In this document: piece by piece, positions 37,655 through 47,514 of the stretch
Layout: every line of letters starts with the position of its first letter
How positions within the stretch are numbered: the first letter of the stretch is position 1
Assembly: GCA_963665845.2 (NCBI GenBank)
Contig: OY762492.1
Location: 2,816,001 to 2,880,000 of the forward strand
Direction of reading: 5' to 3'
DNA: 64,000 nucleotides
Origin: Candidatus Poribacteria bacterium
GTDB taxonomy: Bacteria > Poribacteria > WGA-4E > GCA-2687025
Notes under the pieces: generated by a model
What the model saw: the letters and a program-made list of their open reading frames with translations, nothing else
Database searches by the model: none
Told to the model about the DNA's origin: nothing
Translations under genes and position numbers: made by a program

Positions 37655-38488
37655 CTATCGGGTTGGGATGTCGTCCCGCTCCGGACGCGGGCAAAAACCC
37701 CAATGCCCATGGGCGTCCCCGCCGCGCGCCAGGATGCTCTGCTTCCCCCAAGAACGCAGCGGGCGAACCTCCGGCGGCGCAAACCGAAGCGTCAAACCGC
37801 AACGCCGACGCGAAGAATGGTTCGGCTCCGATCCATGCAGCAGCAGATCCGAATGCAGCGAAATCTGACCCGCCTTCATCTCCACCGAAACGGGCGCGCG
37901 TCCGTACTGCCCGGCGTCCTGGACAGACTGATTCAGCACATTGTTTTCTTCCGCCTTGCTCCATTCAAAATCGATCTGCCCATGCCGGTGCGAACCCGGT
38001 ATGAACTGCATCGCCCCGTTCTCCACATCAACATCGTCGATTGCAAGCCAGACCGTCACGGTCTTGCTGGGCGTCAACGGCCAGTAGGAAGCGTCTTGGT
38101 GCCAGCTGACCCGCTTGCCGTCCCGCGGCATCTTCGCAAAATAGTGAGTCGCCCAGCAGATAAGGTTTTCTCCGAGCAGGTCCTGGACATAATCGAGAAT
38201 GCGCGGCTCCATCGCAATGTCGTAAATGCCGGGGCAGCGGGTCTGCCAGCCGTTGATGGAGTAGCTGTTCCAGCCCTTCGCTTCCGCTTCCGCCATCAGC
38301 CGCTCAAAGTACGCGCGCCGCTCCGCAATCTCATCGCCGTCGTAAAGGTCCAGCGGAAAAAGGTACCCGTCCGCGTTGAACCGCGCAATCTGCTCCGTTG
38401 TCAGCTTCTGCGGGTTAGGGTTGTTCGCCTCGTAAAAGGTCAAATCCCGCTCCAGATCGGGCATCGCGTTCTCAATGGGCGCCATCAT
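37655..38488 (-). CDS. PhyH family Fe(II)/2OG dioxygenase
   Basis: WHQD, NGAMQFIPGSH and LLHGS motifs. AAGGAG RBS before ATG 38488; the longer ORF in the track overlaps the tRNA. Confidence 0.9.
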   Translation of the reverse strand: MMAPIENAMPDLERDLTFYEANNPNPQKLTTEQIARFNADGYLFPLDLYDGDEIAERRAYFERLMAEAEAKGWNSYSINGWQTRCPGIYDIAMEPRILDYVQDLLGENLICWATHYFAKMPRDGKRVSWHQDASYWPLTPSKTVTVWLAIDDVDVENGAMQFIPGSHRHGQIDFEWSKAEENNVLNQSVQDAGQYGRAPVSVEMKAGQISLHSDLLLHGSEPNHSSRRRCGLTLRFAPPEVRPLRSWGKQSILARGGDAHGHWGFCPRPERDDIPTR

Positions 38489-38533
38489 GTCTCCTTTCTG
38501 CGGCGATTCGGCGTCTAACGGACGAAAATACGC

Positions 38534-38562
38534 TTGCGTTTCCCGCCGCTTTGACGCATAAT
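38534..38562 (+). promoter_or_regulatory. Promoter of the tRNA gene
   Basis: TTGCGT-N17-CATAAT, 9 bp before the tRNA. Confidence 0.5.
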
Positions 38563-38571
38563 ACTGAACAC

Positions 38572-38647
38572 GCGCCCGTAGCTCAGTGGATAGAGCGTCA
38601 GACTCCGGATCTGAAGGCCGTGGGTTCAAGTCCCCCCGGGCGCGCCA
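38572..38647 (+). tRNA. tRNA-Arg (anticodon CCG)
   Basis: Acceptor stem GCGCCCG/CGGGCGC; D arm GCTC..GAGC; anticodon arm TCAGA-CTCCGGA-TCTGA; GTTCAA T loop; encoded CCA; 76 nt. Confidence 0.96.
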
Positions 38648-38698
38648 TTGACCTTATCTTACCGCCGTCCGCCGCATTTTGCATCTCGCCGCGCTTCG

Positions 38699-38728
38699 TT
38701 GACATGCCCGCCCGCCGCGCGTTAGACT
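38699..38728 (+). promoter_or_regulatory. Sigma70-like promoter
   Basis: TTGACA-N18-TAGACT upstream of 38773. Confidence 0.45.
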
Positions 38729-38772
38729 ACAATGTACTTGCTTGTCTGTCCACATGAAAGGCGCGAAACGCG

Positions 38773-39804
38773 ATGCGATTGCCTTTACGAGCGGCTCTGT
38801 TCAGTCTATCGGCGTTGTTTCTGTTCTCATCCGCCGGATGCGTCCCTTACCTCGGCGGAGTACCCGGCGGCGAGGAAGAGAAGAATCTCATTCTCTACAA
38901 GTACCGCTTTTCGCCGCAGAAGCGGCATCCATACCAACTCGCCGTCAACGGCAACATGCGCATTCAGACCAGCGCTCTCGGAACCGAGATCGACATGCAG
39001 CAGAAAACATATCTGAAGGCGCTCGTGCAGTTCAAAGGGAGCGGGTTCAAAGCGGACAGCGCGGAATACACGTTTTTCGAAACGTCGGTTGATCCGAACG
39101 TCTGGGCGAATTATCCGCTCCCGCCAGACGCGCTCTCGCCTGTCATTGACATTTACAACTTTCTCTCCGGGCAGAGTTTCCAGACCTATCTGGACGGCAG
39201 CGGGCGCGCTTTGGAGCTTCGCGGTCTTCGAGATATGGCGGGGGGTCTGCAGCGGCGCGTTGACCTGCCTGAACGAGCGCGCCCTGTCGCCGCGATGACC
39301 GTCCAACGCGCCCTCGGCGAGGAGCCGCTCATCGAGACGATTGCGCAGCTGTACCCGTATCTGCCGGACGGGTTGATGGAAGCAGGCGCTGAATGGGAGT
39401 CGATCTTTGCCGTTCAAGGATTCGCGGTCAAGGCGCGGTGCGTTCTGACAAAACGGGAAGACGGAAAAGCGCATATTGAGGTGAGCGGCGTTTTCCTGCC
39501 CGCCGAATCGCGCCCGTTCGACATCCCAGGCGTCAGCGGGATGGAGACGGAATACGCAAAATTGGACGGCTCCTACAAGGCGGTTTATGTACTGGTAGAA
39601 TCGACCGGCATCGCGCTCCATTTCACGATGGAGATGACGGCGGACGCGGAGCTTCGGCTGAAGGAGGAGGCGTTCCCTGGACCGCAAGGGGAGTCGAAGC
39701 CGATCATCGTCCGCTTTCGTTCCAAGATGTCCGGCAGCCACACCGAGCCGGAAGAGCCTGAATCGATAGGTCCATCCCGCGTTCCTATCGGCAAGATAAG
39801 ATGA
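38773..39804 (+). CDS. Putative lipoprotein (beta-rich, DUF6263-like)
   Basis: SAGC lipobox after a hydrophobic stretch; AAAGG RBS. The family resemblance is tentative. Confidence 0.6.
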   Translation: MRLPLRAALFSLSALFLFSSAGCVPYLGGVPGGEEEKNLILYKYRFSPQKRHPYQLAVNGNMRIQTSALGTEIDMQQKTYLKALVQFKGSGFKADSAEYTFFETSVDPNVWANYPLPPDALSPVIDIYNFLSGQSFQTYLDGSGRALELRGLRDMAGGLQRRVDLPERARPVAAMTVQRALGEEPLIETIAQLYPYLPDGLMEAGAEWESIFAVQGFAVKARCVLTKREDGKAHIEVSGVFLPAESRPFDIPGVSGMETEYAKLDGSYKAVYVLVESTGIALHFTMEMTADAELRLKEEAFPGPQGESKPIIVRFRSKMSGSHTEPEEPESIGPSRVPIGKIR

Positions 39805-39921
39805 ATCCGGGCGGTCTCTACAGAGAATGATGTACGAATCAGGCGGGCATGTTGACGTTCGGCGCCGCGTCCGATTGCCCTTGAAAGGGGTTTAAAGGAT
39901 GGGCGCGGCGGCGACGCCTTG

Positions 39922-40017
39922 AGATTCCCGCTTGCGCGGGAATGACTGGGTGGAAGAAAATGGGAATGACTGGGCGGAAGAAAATGGGAATGACTGGGCG
40001 GAAGAAAATGATGACGG
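39922..40017. repeat. Palindrome followed by 24-bp tandem units
   Basis: GATTCCCGCTTGCGCGGGAATGAC followed by GGGAATGACTGGG(T/C)GGAAGAAAAT three times. Confidence 0.85.
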
Positions 40018-40028
40018 GCGGCGGGCGT

Positions 40029-41903
40029 CTATTCAGGCGGCTCGGCGAGGAGATAGATGCGCCCGCTGTAGTCCGTATCGGCGGCGGCGAGGCTCCTGCC
40101 GTCCGGCGAAAACGCCAGCGACCGTATCGGCGCCCCCTCCGCCGAAAACGTCTGAACAACCTTGCCCGTCTCAACATCCCAAACTCGTATAACCTTCTCT
40201 TCGCCCGCTGACGCGAGCAGCTTGCTGTCAGGAGAAAAGGCGGCGGCGAATATCTTCCCCGCGCCGGCGACGAGCGTTTTCAGCGGCGCCTCTGTTTCAA
40301 CATCCCATAGATGAACTGCCCCGCCGCCCGCCCAGGCGAGCGTCTTGCCGTCCGGAGAATAGGCGGCGTCGTAAACGACCGCTTTTTTCTCTCCAAGCGT
40401 TTTTAAATGTTGACCCGTCTGCGCGTTCCATATTCGTACCGTCTTGTCCTGTCCGCCTGTGGCGAGCGTTTTTCCGTCCGGCGAATACGAAACGGCGTAC
40501 ACAAAACTGACATGCCCGCGCAGGGTGTTGAGCAGACCGCCTGAATTGACGTTCCAGATCCTCGCCGTGTCGTCCATTCCGACGGAGGCGAGACGCTTGC
40601 CGTCCGGCGAGAAGGCGACGTCCGCCACTTCGCCTTGATGCCCCACAAGCGGTCGAAGATACGCCTGCGTCTGCGCGTTCAAAAGCCAAACCCCCATGCT
40701 GCTTGCGACCGCCAGCGTCTTGCCGTCCGGCGAATAAGAGACGGCGCGCGGAGGGCTGGGCAGATCGTCCAGCTTCCAAAGATACGCCCCCGTCTGCGCG
40801 TCCCAAACGCAAACCGCCGGACCGCTTCCGCCCGTGGCGAGCGTTTTGCCGTCCGGCGAATAGGCAGCCGCGCGCAGCTCCTTGGACCGGTGACCATGAA
40901 GCGTTTGCAGATGCGCCCCCGTCTGGACATCCCAGACGCGGATTGTTCTGTCAAAGCAGGCGGACGCGAGGCGCTTGCTGTCCGGCGAATAGGCGATCGA
41001 CACCACATAACTTTCATGCCCCAACAAGGTTCGCAACGCGGCGCCTGTTTGGACGTCCCAGATGCGAACTGTTTGGTCGTCGCTGGCGGACGCGAGCGTT
41101 TTGCCGTCCGGCGCGTATTTGACATCGGTAACATAATGCGCGTGTCCGGTAAACGCGTTCAGATGCGCGCCGGTCTTCGCGTCCCAAAAGCGTATCGCGT
41201 TGTCTTCCGCCCCGCTGGCGAGCGTTGCGCTGTCGGGTGAAAAGTACACGGTTCGCACTTTCGCCGTATGTCCCAGGAGCGTATTGAGCGGGGCGCCTGT
41301 TTTGCCGTTCCAGAGGCGGACCGTGTTGTCGTCGGCGCCGGTGGCAATCATAGAGCCGTCGGGCGAATAGGCGATCGCGTAAATGTCGTCCGTATGCCCC
41401 GTGAGCGTTTGAAGATGAGCGCCGGTTTGAACGTTCCAGAGGCGTATCGTGTCGTCGTTACCTGCGCTCGCGAGCGTCTTGCCGTCAGGAGAAAAAACCA
41501 TGCGCCCGATCCATTCCGTATGCCCTTCAAGCGCCTTGAGAGCCGCGCCGGTCTGAACGTTCCATAGCCGAACCTTCATGTCCCGTCCGCCGCTGGCGAG
41601 CGTCTTGCTGTCCGGGGAAAAGGCGATGCCGTAGATAGAGCCTTCATGCCCCAAGAGCGTGTGAAGGAGGCCGCCCGTCTTAGCGTCCCAGAGGCGTACG
41701 GTGTGGTCCCAGCTGCCGGAGGCGATCGTCTTGCCGTCGGGAGAATAGGCAACCGCGACGATAAAGCGCGTATGCCCCGCGAGCGTTATGAACGGATGTT
41801 CAGGCGCGTTTTCCTGGGCGGGCGCGCTGTCCATCAAAAACAGCGTAACGAGCGGCAGGGCGAAGCGCAGAATGTTGGAACGGATACGGCTCTTTTGGGT
41901 CAT
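40029..41903 (-). CDS. Secreted WD40-repeat protein (about 14 repeats)
   Basis: Signal peptide; repeated GH...YSPDGK.LAS...D..VR.W units. Confidence 0.93.
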   Translation of the reverse strand: MTQKSRIRSNILRFALPLVTLFLMDSAPAQENAPEHPFITLAGHTRFIVAVAYSPDGKTIASGSWDHTVRLWDAKTGGLLHTLLGHEGSIYGIAFSPDSKTLASGGRDMKVRLWNVQTGAALKALEGHTEWIGRMVFSPDGKTLASAGNDDTIRLWNVQTGAHLQTLTGHTDDIYAIAYSPDGSMIATGADDNTVRLWNGKTGAPLNTLLGHTAKVRTVYFSPDSATLASGAEDNAIRFWDAKTGAHLNAFTGHAHYVTDVKYAPDGKTLASASDDQTVRIWDVQTGAALRTLLGHESYVVSIAYSPDSKRLASACFDRTIRVWDVQTGAHLQTLHGHRSKELRAAAYSPDGKTLATGGSGPAVCVWDAQTGAYLWKLDDLPSPPRAVSYSPDGKTLAVASSMGVWLLNAQTQAYLRPLVGHQGEVADVAFSPDGKRLASVGMDDTARIWNVNSGGLLNTLRGHVSFVYAVSYSPDGKTLATGGQDKTVRIWNAQTGQHLKTLGEKKAVVYDAAYSPDGKTLAWAGGGAVHLWDVETEAPLKTLVAGAGKIFAAAFSPDSKLLASAGEEKVIRVWDVETGKVVQTFSAEGAPIRSLAFSPDGRSLAAADTDYSGRIYLLAEPPE

Positions 41904-41942
41904 GTTGACGACGCTTTTCTGGTTGAGGCTCTCTTAACAAAG

Positions 41943-41971
41943 AGTGTAAGCGGAAGGCAAAGCGCTGTCAA
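41943..41971 (-). promoter_or_regulatory. Sigma70-like promoter of the WD40 gene
   Basis: Minus strand TTGACA-N17-TACACT. Confidence 0.65.
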
Positions 41972-41991
41972 GGATGTTGGGCGGCGGGCAG

Positions 41992-42105
41992 TCTCTATAG
42001 GCGATGATGTACGAAAATTCTGTTTGAGTCGAGCTGCTTGTCCCCCGCTTCTGCAAGGACATGCATTCTGCGATGCCCTAAGATTCCCGCTTGCGCGGGA
42101 ATGAC
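41992..42105. repeat. Dispersed motif CTATAGGCGATGATGTACGAAA plus palindrome
   Basis: Motif also present inverted at about 62017-62042 and degenerate at about 39815-39840. Confidence 0.65.
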
Positions 42106-42241
42106 AGCGAGTTGCGCGAACGCTTTAGGTGTCAAAGAATGAATATCTCCGCATGAGCGTACCGCCCATTTACATGCGCTTTTATTTTTCAAGCAAAGGC
42201 GGTATCCTAGCGGGGCGTTATTCTCGTGAAAGGAGAGCCGC

Positions 42242-43030
42242 TTGAAAAAAGGCATTTGTATCGGGACAGTCCCTGGCGGATTGTCCGACGACGGATTCGC
42301 GCTCGCAAAAGAAGCGGGCTTTGACGGCATCGAGCTCGGAACCATGAACGACGGCGACACGCGCGCCCAAGCAGCCGCGCTCGCCAAGAAACATGCGCTC
42401 GCCGTCCCAAGCATCATGAACGCCGCTCACTGGGGACACCCGCTCTCGGACCCCGACCCCGATGTCCGCAAAGCGTCGGTGGAGGGCATGCTCGCCTCCT
42501 TTGCCTCGGCGGAAGCGACCGGCGCCGAGACGGTGCTGCTGGTGCCGGCGGTGGTGACCGATCAGGTGACCTATTCGGACGCTTGGATACGCTCGCAGGC
42601 GGAGATACTGGAGCTGCGCGCCGTCGCTGAAGAGAAACAGGTTGACATCGCCTTAGAAAACGTATGGAACCGCTTCCTGCTCAGCCCCTCCGAGTTTGCC
42701 CAGTATATCGACCAGTTCAACAGCCCGATGGTGACCGCCTATTTTGATGTCGGCAACATCGCGCTGTACGGCGTTCCGCACCACTGGATACGCGCCTTGG
42801 GCAGCCGCATCAGCAAGGTGCATGTGAAGGGGTTCGACACCGGCTCGCGCCAGTTCACCTCCACGCTTCTCGGCGGAAACCTGAACTGGAACGCGGCGAT
42901 GCAGGCGCTGGAGGAGATCGGCTACGACGGATGGGTCACCGCCGAGATGCCGCAGAACCGCGACGATCCGCGCGCCGGCATCTTCCATCTCAGCGAGGAG
43001 ATGGACGCCATTTTTGCTGGAGAGGTCTAA
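42242..43030 (+). CDS. Sugar phosphate isomerase/epimerase (TIM barrel)
   Basis: GFDGIE, ENVWN, DVGN, H.K and GYDGW.TAE motifs. Confidence 0.88.
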   Translation: MKKGICIGTVPGGLSDDGFALAKEAGFDGIELGTMNDGDTRAQAAALAKKHALAVPSIMNAAHWGHPLSDPDPDVRKASVEGMLASFASAEATGAETVLLVPAVVTDQVTYSDAWIRSQAEILELRAVAEEKQVDIALENVWNRFLLSPSEFAQYIDQFNSPMVTAYFDVGNIALYGVPHHWIRALGSRISKVHVKGFDTGSRQFTSTLLGGNLNWNAAMQALEEIGYDGWVTAEMPQNRDDPRAGIFHLSEEMDAIFAGEV

Positions 43031-45389
43031 GTTTCAACGCCGCCCGATGATCCCGCTGGCGGCGGCGTTCACAGCGGGAGTTGTCGGCGGCTATTACTCG
43101 CTCCATTCGGCGCTGGCTTTCGGCGGGGTTGCGGTTGCCGCGCTGGCGTCATGGCATGCGCGCGACTGGAAAATTGGCGCCTATGCGCTTCTTGCGTTCG
43201 TCGGCTGGGCGCGCTGGCACGCGCATATCGATACCCCCATTCGCGCGCTTGAAGACCGCCAGCCTGTCCAAGCGGAGGGGTATGTCGTTGAGCGGGCGGA
43301 ACGCGCCTTCGGCGTGGAGCTGACGGTTGTCGGGAAGGTTCTGCCGTCTGGGGAGCGCGGACGGCTGCTGCTGCGCTGTCCGGCGGAATTGCCGGCGGAG
43401 TTTTCCGCCGGCGCGATGGTCTCTGCGGGCGGAGAATTGCGCCAACCGACCCTGATGCGCAACCCGAACGGGTTCAACCAGGAGCTGTTTTTCAACGCGA
43501 AAGGAATCGCCGCCGCCGTTCGGATTCGCAAGCTGTCCGACATTGAGCGAGTCGGCGTCGGCGGTCCGTTCTGGATGCGCTCGGCGTACCGCATTCGACA
43601 GGCGTTGCTCGCGCGTTTTTCCACCGCCCTAAGTCCGCCGAACGACGCCCTCCTGGCAGGCATTCTGATTGGGGAGCGGCGCGCCATTCCCGAAGAGATA
43701 CTGGAAGCGTTCCGCGATGGCGGCGTCATCCATGTACTGGTCGTCTCCGGCGCCAATTTTGCGCTCATCGTCTCCATCGCATATATGCTCTTGCGGGCGT
43801 TGGGCGCGCCGATGCGCGCGGTATACGCCGCCTCGCTGTTTCTATGCTGGGCGTTCGCTTTCTTTGTCGGCTTTCATCCGTCCGTCGCGCGGGCGGGGAC
43901 GCTCATCGCGCTTTTCATGCTGGGGCGGCTGCTGAATCGGGAAGCGGACCTGATGAACCTGCTGGCGGCAAGCGCGCTCGCGCTGCTCATCTACCGCCCC
44001 GCCAATATGTTCGACATCGGCTTTCAGCTCTCCTTCGCCGCCACCTTCGCCATCGTCTTTTTTGTGCCGAAATGGAACGACGGGCTTGAGCAAACGCGCC
44101 TCCGCCTCTTGAAACTGCCCGGCGGAAAGCTGCTGTGGACATGGGGCGTTCAAACGGCGCTCGTTTCATCCGCGGCAAATATCGCGACGATGCCGATCAT
44201 CGGCTTTCATTTTCAAAAGATATATCTGGCGGGCTTCGCGGCAAACCTGGTTGTGATCGCGATGATCGCGCTCATCACCGCGTCCGGCCTCATCACCGCC
44301 GCGGCGTCGTTGATATGGACGCCGCTCGGACGCTTTTACGGCGGCGCGACGGAGCTGGGATTCGATCTGCTGCTGCCGATGGTGCGCGCCTTTTCGGAGC
44401 TGCCTTACGCCGTGATGAACGCGCCTCGAACATGGGCGGGATACTATTTCGTCGGCATGTTTCTTCTTTTGTCGATCACATACGCCCGCTATGTTCAGGC
44501 GCGTCTGCGGGAGTGGACGCTGCTCGCGGGCGCGTGCGTCCTGCTTTGGATGCAAAGCCAAACCGCCGGCGCGCCGAACGGTCTGCTTGAAACGACTTTT
44601 TTAGATGTCGGGCAGGGAGACGCCGCCTTCGTTCAGCTGCCCGACAACACGCGCATTCTGATCGACGCCGGTTCCGCCTCCGAGTTCTGGGACAACGGCG
44701 AGCGGGTCGTCGTTCCGTATCTGTTGAGCCGCGGAATCGACCGCCTCAACACGGCGCTCATCACCCATTCCGACATTGACCATGCGGGCGGCATCCCGTA
44801 TGCGGTACGCAACCTGCGGATCGACACGATTCTGGGCGCGCCGCCGGGGAAAAGCGGACTGATAGAAGAAGCGGCGCGGGAGAGAGGAAGCCGCGTACGC
44901 TACGGCGCAGGAGAAACGATCGCAGAAGGCATAGCGCGCGGAAAGCCGTTTAGCGTCAAGACGCTTTATCCGCGCACGGAGGCGGAGGTGGACCTTGAGG
45001 ACTCAAACCATAACGCAGATTCGTTTGTCGTCATGCTGGAGTACGGCGATTGCCGAATTCTGATGACCGGCGACATTGACGCGCAGACCGAGGAGGAGCT
45101 GACAAGACGCCATCATCGCGGCGAGATCGACCTGTCGGCGGATATACTGAAGACGCCGCACCATGGCAGCAAGTCGTCCAGCGGGGAGCCGTTTTTGCGC
45201 GCCGTGTCGCCGCGCGCCGCGGTCATTTCCGCCGGACGCGGAAATATCTACGGACATCCGCATCCGTCCGTTTTAGAACGGCACGCGGCGTTAGGCATTC
45301 AAACCTACCGAACCGACCTGTCAGGCGCGATCCGAATCCTCTCGGACGGACGGCGCATATGGATCCAGCCGACAATACGCCAACCTTAG
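43014..45389 (+). CDS. comEC: DNA internalization competence protein ComEC/Rec2 (start may be ATG 43047)
   Basis: HVLVVSG, GFQLSFAA, LDVGQGDA, THSDIDHAGG, HHGSKSSS and YGHPH motifs. Confidence 0.93.
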   Translation: MLERSKFQRRPMIPLAAAFTAGVVGGYYSLHSALAFGGVAVAALASWHARDWKIGAYALLAFVGWARWHAHIDTPIRALEDRQPVQAEGYVVERAERAFGVELTVVGKVLPSGERGRLLLRCPAELPAEFSAGAMVSAGGELRQPTLMRNPNGFNQELFFNAKGIAAAVRIRKLSDIERVGVGGPFWMRSAYRIRQALLARFSTALSPPNDALLAGILIGERRAIPEEILEAFRDGGVIHVLVVSGANFALIVSIAYMLLRALGAPMRAVYAASLFLCWAFAFFVGFHPSVARAGTLIALFMLGRLLNREADLMNLLAASALALLIYRPANMFDIGFQLSFAATFAIVFFVPKWNDGLEQTRLRLLKLPGGKLLWTWGVQTALVSSAANIATMPIIGFHFQKIYLAGFAANLVVIAMIALITASGLITAAASLIWTPLGRFYGGATELGFDLLLPMVRAFSELPYAVMNAPRTWAGYYFVGMFLLLSITYARYVQARLREWTLLAGACVLLWMQSQTAGAPNGLLETTFLDVGQGDAAFVQLPDNTRILIDAGSASEFWDNGERVVVPYLLSRGIDRLNTALITHSDIDHAGGIPYAVRNLRIDTILGAPPGKSGLIEEAARERGSRVRYGAGETIAEGIARGKPFSVKTLYPRTEAEVDLEDSNHNADSFVVMLEYGDCRILMTGDIDAQTEEELTRRHHRGEIDLSADILKTPHHGSKSSSGEPFLRAVSPRAAVISAGRGNIYGHPHPSVLERHAALGIQTYRTDLSGAIRILSDGRRIWIQPTIRQP

Positions 45390-46144
45390 CGGCGTTTCAA
45401 ACGCGCCCAGGTCGAGGCGGCTTTGCCTTTAGGCGAGACGGAAAGCCCGCTGTTTGCCATATTCTCCTCAAGATCGCCCAGCGTCAGCGCGCGGTTGTAG
45501 ATGGCGATCTCGTCCATGCGCCCCATCATGCTGGTCAACCCTGTCTGCCCCTGCCCGATTCGGTAGGGTACCTCAATGCTGTCCAGCGGCGCGGCGACCG
45601 CAACTTCCGCATCCACCCCGTTGTTGATATACTGCCGCGCCTTCGCCCCGTCATAGACCGCCGCGATGTAATGCCATTTATTCAACGGCGGGGAAATATC
45701 CTGCCGGTCCCGTGTGCCGTTCCATCCGCCTTTATGCCACCACGTTTCAATCTGCGGCCTCCCTGTGAACTGGGAGCTCCACTGCATGGCGTGTCCGCCT
45801 TGGTTGCCGGCGTTGCGCCTTCCCATGATGGAGGAATCGCCCTGGTCCTGAGTCGGATAAATCCAGACGGTGATCGTGAGCTCCTCGGTCAGATCCAGTA
45901 TCGGCGTCGGGTCAATGAGTATGTGATCGCCGGGCGCATCGAATATGACGCATCCGCCGTTTTGGCCGTCTTTTGACCAGCCGACGCCGTTCAGAGTACC
46001 GACCAGTTCGCTTTCGCTCAAGTCGTTAGCCGTGTCGCCGGCGCCTTCATCGAACGGAAAATAGAGAACCAGCCCGTCCTCCTGTATCGCCTGCGCTGTC
46101 CACGCGGTCATGACAAGCGCGGCTAAAATCGTGATCCGTTTCAT
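45386..46144 (-). CDS. Secreted LamG-like jellyroll protein with conserved C-terminal motif
   Basis: Signal peptide; LVLYFPFDEG, WHYIAAVYDG and MDEIAIYNRAL motifs; ends SVSPKGKAASTWARLKRR. Confidence 0.88.
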   Translation of the reverse strand: MKRITILAALVMTAWTAQAIQEDGLVLYFPFDEGAGDTANDLSESELVGTLNGVGWSKDGQNGGCVIFDAPGDHILIDPTPILDLTEELTITVWIYPTQDQGDSSIMGRRNAGNQGGHAMQWSSQFTGRPQIETWWHKGGWNGTRDRQDISPPLNKWHYIAAVYDGAKARQYINNGVDAEVAVAAPLDSIEVPYRIGQGQTGLTSMMGRMDEIAIYNRALTLGDLEENMANSGLSVSPKGKAASTWARLKRR

Positions 46145-46211
46145 GTTGCCTCCTCTTTTAATCGAGCCTCACTTCTTTCCCTGTTTCAGACGACTGTTCC
46201 ACCGCAAGCAG
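46042..46211. repeat. Left 170-bp direct repeat bounding the island
   Basis: Matches 48903-49072 with 8 mismatches. Confidence 0.95.
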
Positions 46212-46457
46212 CGAACCAAGTCGGCGCAAATGTAAACGGTCAAAACAGACTCCCATGCGCGCCTCTATTTTAACCCGATCGGCGCGTTGATGTAACCCGA
46301 CCTCCTGACCCTTCGCCTGCGCCGGACAGCATGAACAATGATACAGCCTAGACCCCTCCCGTCGCCATTGCGGTTAATGCGCCAGCGGATCACTGTTAAG
46401 ACACGATACAGAAGCGGAGGAATTGGAGGCGGAGTTCGTTGCGCTATGAAAAAGTTG

Positions 46458-46486
46458 TTGCCGCGCCAAAGAATCTCCGCTATAAT
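46458..46486 (+). promoter_or_regulatory. Strong sigma70-like promoter of the island operon
   Basis: TTGCCG-N17-TATAAT with an upstream A tract. Confidence 0.7.
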
Positions 46487-46553
46487 CAATGGGAGAGTTC
46501 AGGTCGGGACGGTCTCGATTGCTGAACGCCGAACACCGTGAAAGGAGCAAACA

Positions 46554-46658
46554 TGAAACGATACACAATTGCTGCAGCGGCAGCGCCCTTGATGGCGTTC
46601 ACGCCTATGGCGGACGCGCATCAAATGCTTCTGGAAAGGAGCCCTCATGTCTTTTGAC
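46554..46658 (+). pseudogene. Short ORF or remnant consisting mostly of a signal-peptide-like leader (MKRYTIAAAAAP...)
   Basis: GAAAGGAG RBS; DNA similar to the 5' ends of the genes at 47515 and 48094; 34 codons, overlapping the next start. Confidence 0.4.
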
Positions 46659-47450
46659 GCTTTGAATGAAAAGCACGCAGATCAGCCCTACCTGTGGGCG
46701 AAGGAAGTGCTTGGAGTGGAATTATACTCTGTCCAAAAGCGCCTGCTGGAGGAACTTCAATCTCCACAAGATGAACCCGTCAGGATGGCGATCAGAGGTG
46801 GGGTTGCCACAGGCAAAACCTTCTTAGGAGCGGTGGCTGCCCTACACCACTTCTTCACGCGACCTGGGTCGCTGGTCATCTGCTCGTCTCCTGGTCAGTT
46901 ACCAAGTAGCCAACCGCTGTTCGGTGAAATCAGGTCACTTCTTGAAAGGTCTCCCGTGCGGGCGTTTGAACAAGTCCGAGTTCGGCACGATGAAATTCGA
47001 ATGTTGGATGCAGATGGTGAGGAGTATGCAGATGGTGAGGAGTACCCTGAGTGGAAAATTCAGGCGATCCTTGCGGAACGTTTCCATGCCTTTGAAGGCA
47101 TACTCTCTGATGGCGGGACTTTCGTGATCTTGGATAACGCGGCTGAAATCAAAAACCGCACCTTCAAAACCTTACTCTCCCAAGGACATGCGGTCGAGAA
47201 GGTGATGCTTATTTCCGCTCCTTATAGCAGTGATGGCTTTTTCTTCAACGCCGCTCAAGGAGAGAAAGGTTTCCGCCCCCACAAGATCAGCGCGTTTGAC
47301 ACCCCTGCGTTTACGGAGGAGTCCTGGGCGCCTCCAGGTCTTGTCAGTAAGGCATGGGTTTCATCTATGGAAAATGAGCACGGCAAGGAAAGTGCTTTCT
47401 ACACCGGGATGGTGGAAGGGGAATTTCAAGAGGACGACAGGGAGACCTGA
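46647..47450 (+). CDS. Phage terminase large subunit ATPase-domain-like protein lacking the nuclease domain
   Basis: LYSVQ adenine-binding-like motif; Walker A GGVATGKT; Walker B-like FVILDNA; ISAP motif III; ends shortly after GEF. Confidence 0.7.
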   Translation: MSFDALNEKHADQPYLWAKEVLGVELYSVQKRLLEELQSPQDEPVRMAIRGGVATGKTFLGAVAALHHFFTRPGSLVICSSPGQLPSSQPLFGEIRSLLERSPVRAFEQVRVRHDEIRMLDADGEEYADGEEYPEWKIQAILAERFHAFEGILSDGGTFVILDNAAEIKNRTFKTLLSQGHAVEKVMLISAPYSSDGFFFNAAQGEKGFRPHKISAFDTPAFTEESWAPPGLVSKAWVSSMENEHGKESAFYTGMVEGEFQEDDRET

Positions 47451-47464
47451 AATCTTTTCAGATA

Positions 47465-47490
47465 GGGCGGGCTACGGCTCGCCCTTCTTC
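47465..47490 (+). terminator. Stem-loop with C(UACG)G tetraloop; weak terminator or processing site
   Basis: GGGCGGGC-TACG-GCTCGCCC followed by TTCTTC. Confidence 0.45.
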
Positions 47491-47514
47491 AAACGCTCTA
47501 TGAAAGGAGCGAAC

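Noticed and set aside
37655-38629. 324-aa version of the PhyH ORF
   Set aside because: The extension runs antisense through the tRNA; the RBS supports ATG 38488.
38572-38647. tRNA-Arg as an integration site
   Set aside because: No duplicated tRNA 3' end or integrase was seen in the window.
47230-47514. N-terminal extension of the 47230-48039 ORF
   Set aside because: It overlaps the terminase-like gene; the RBS and signal peptide indicate a start at 47515.
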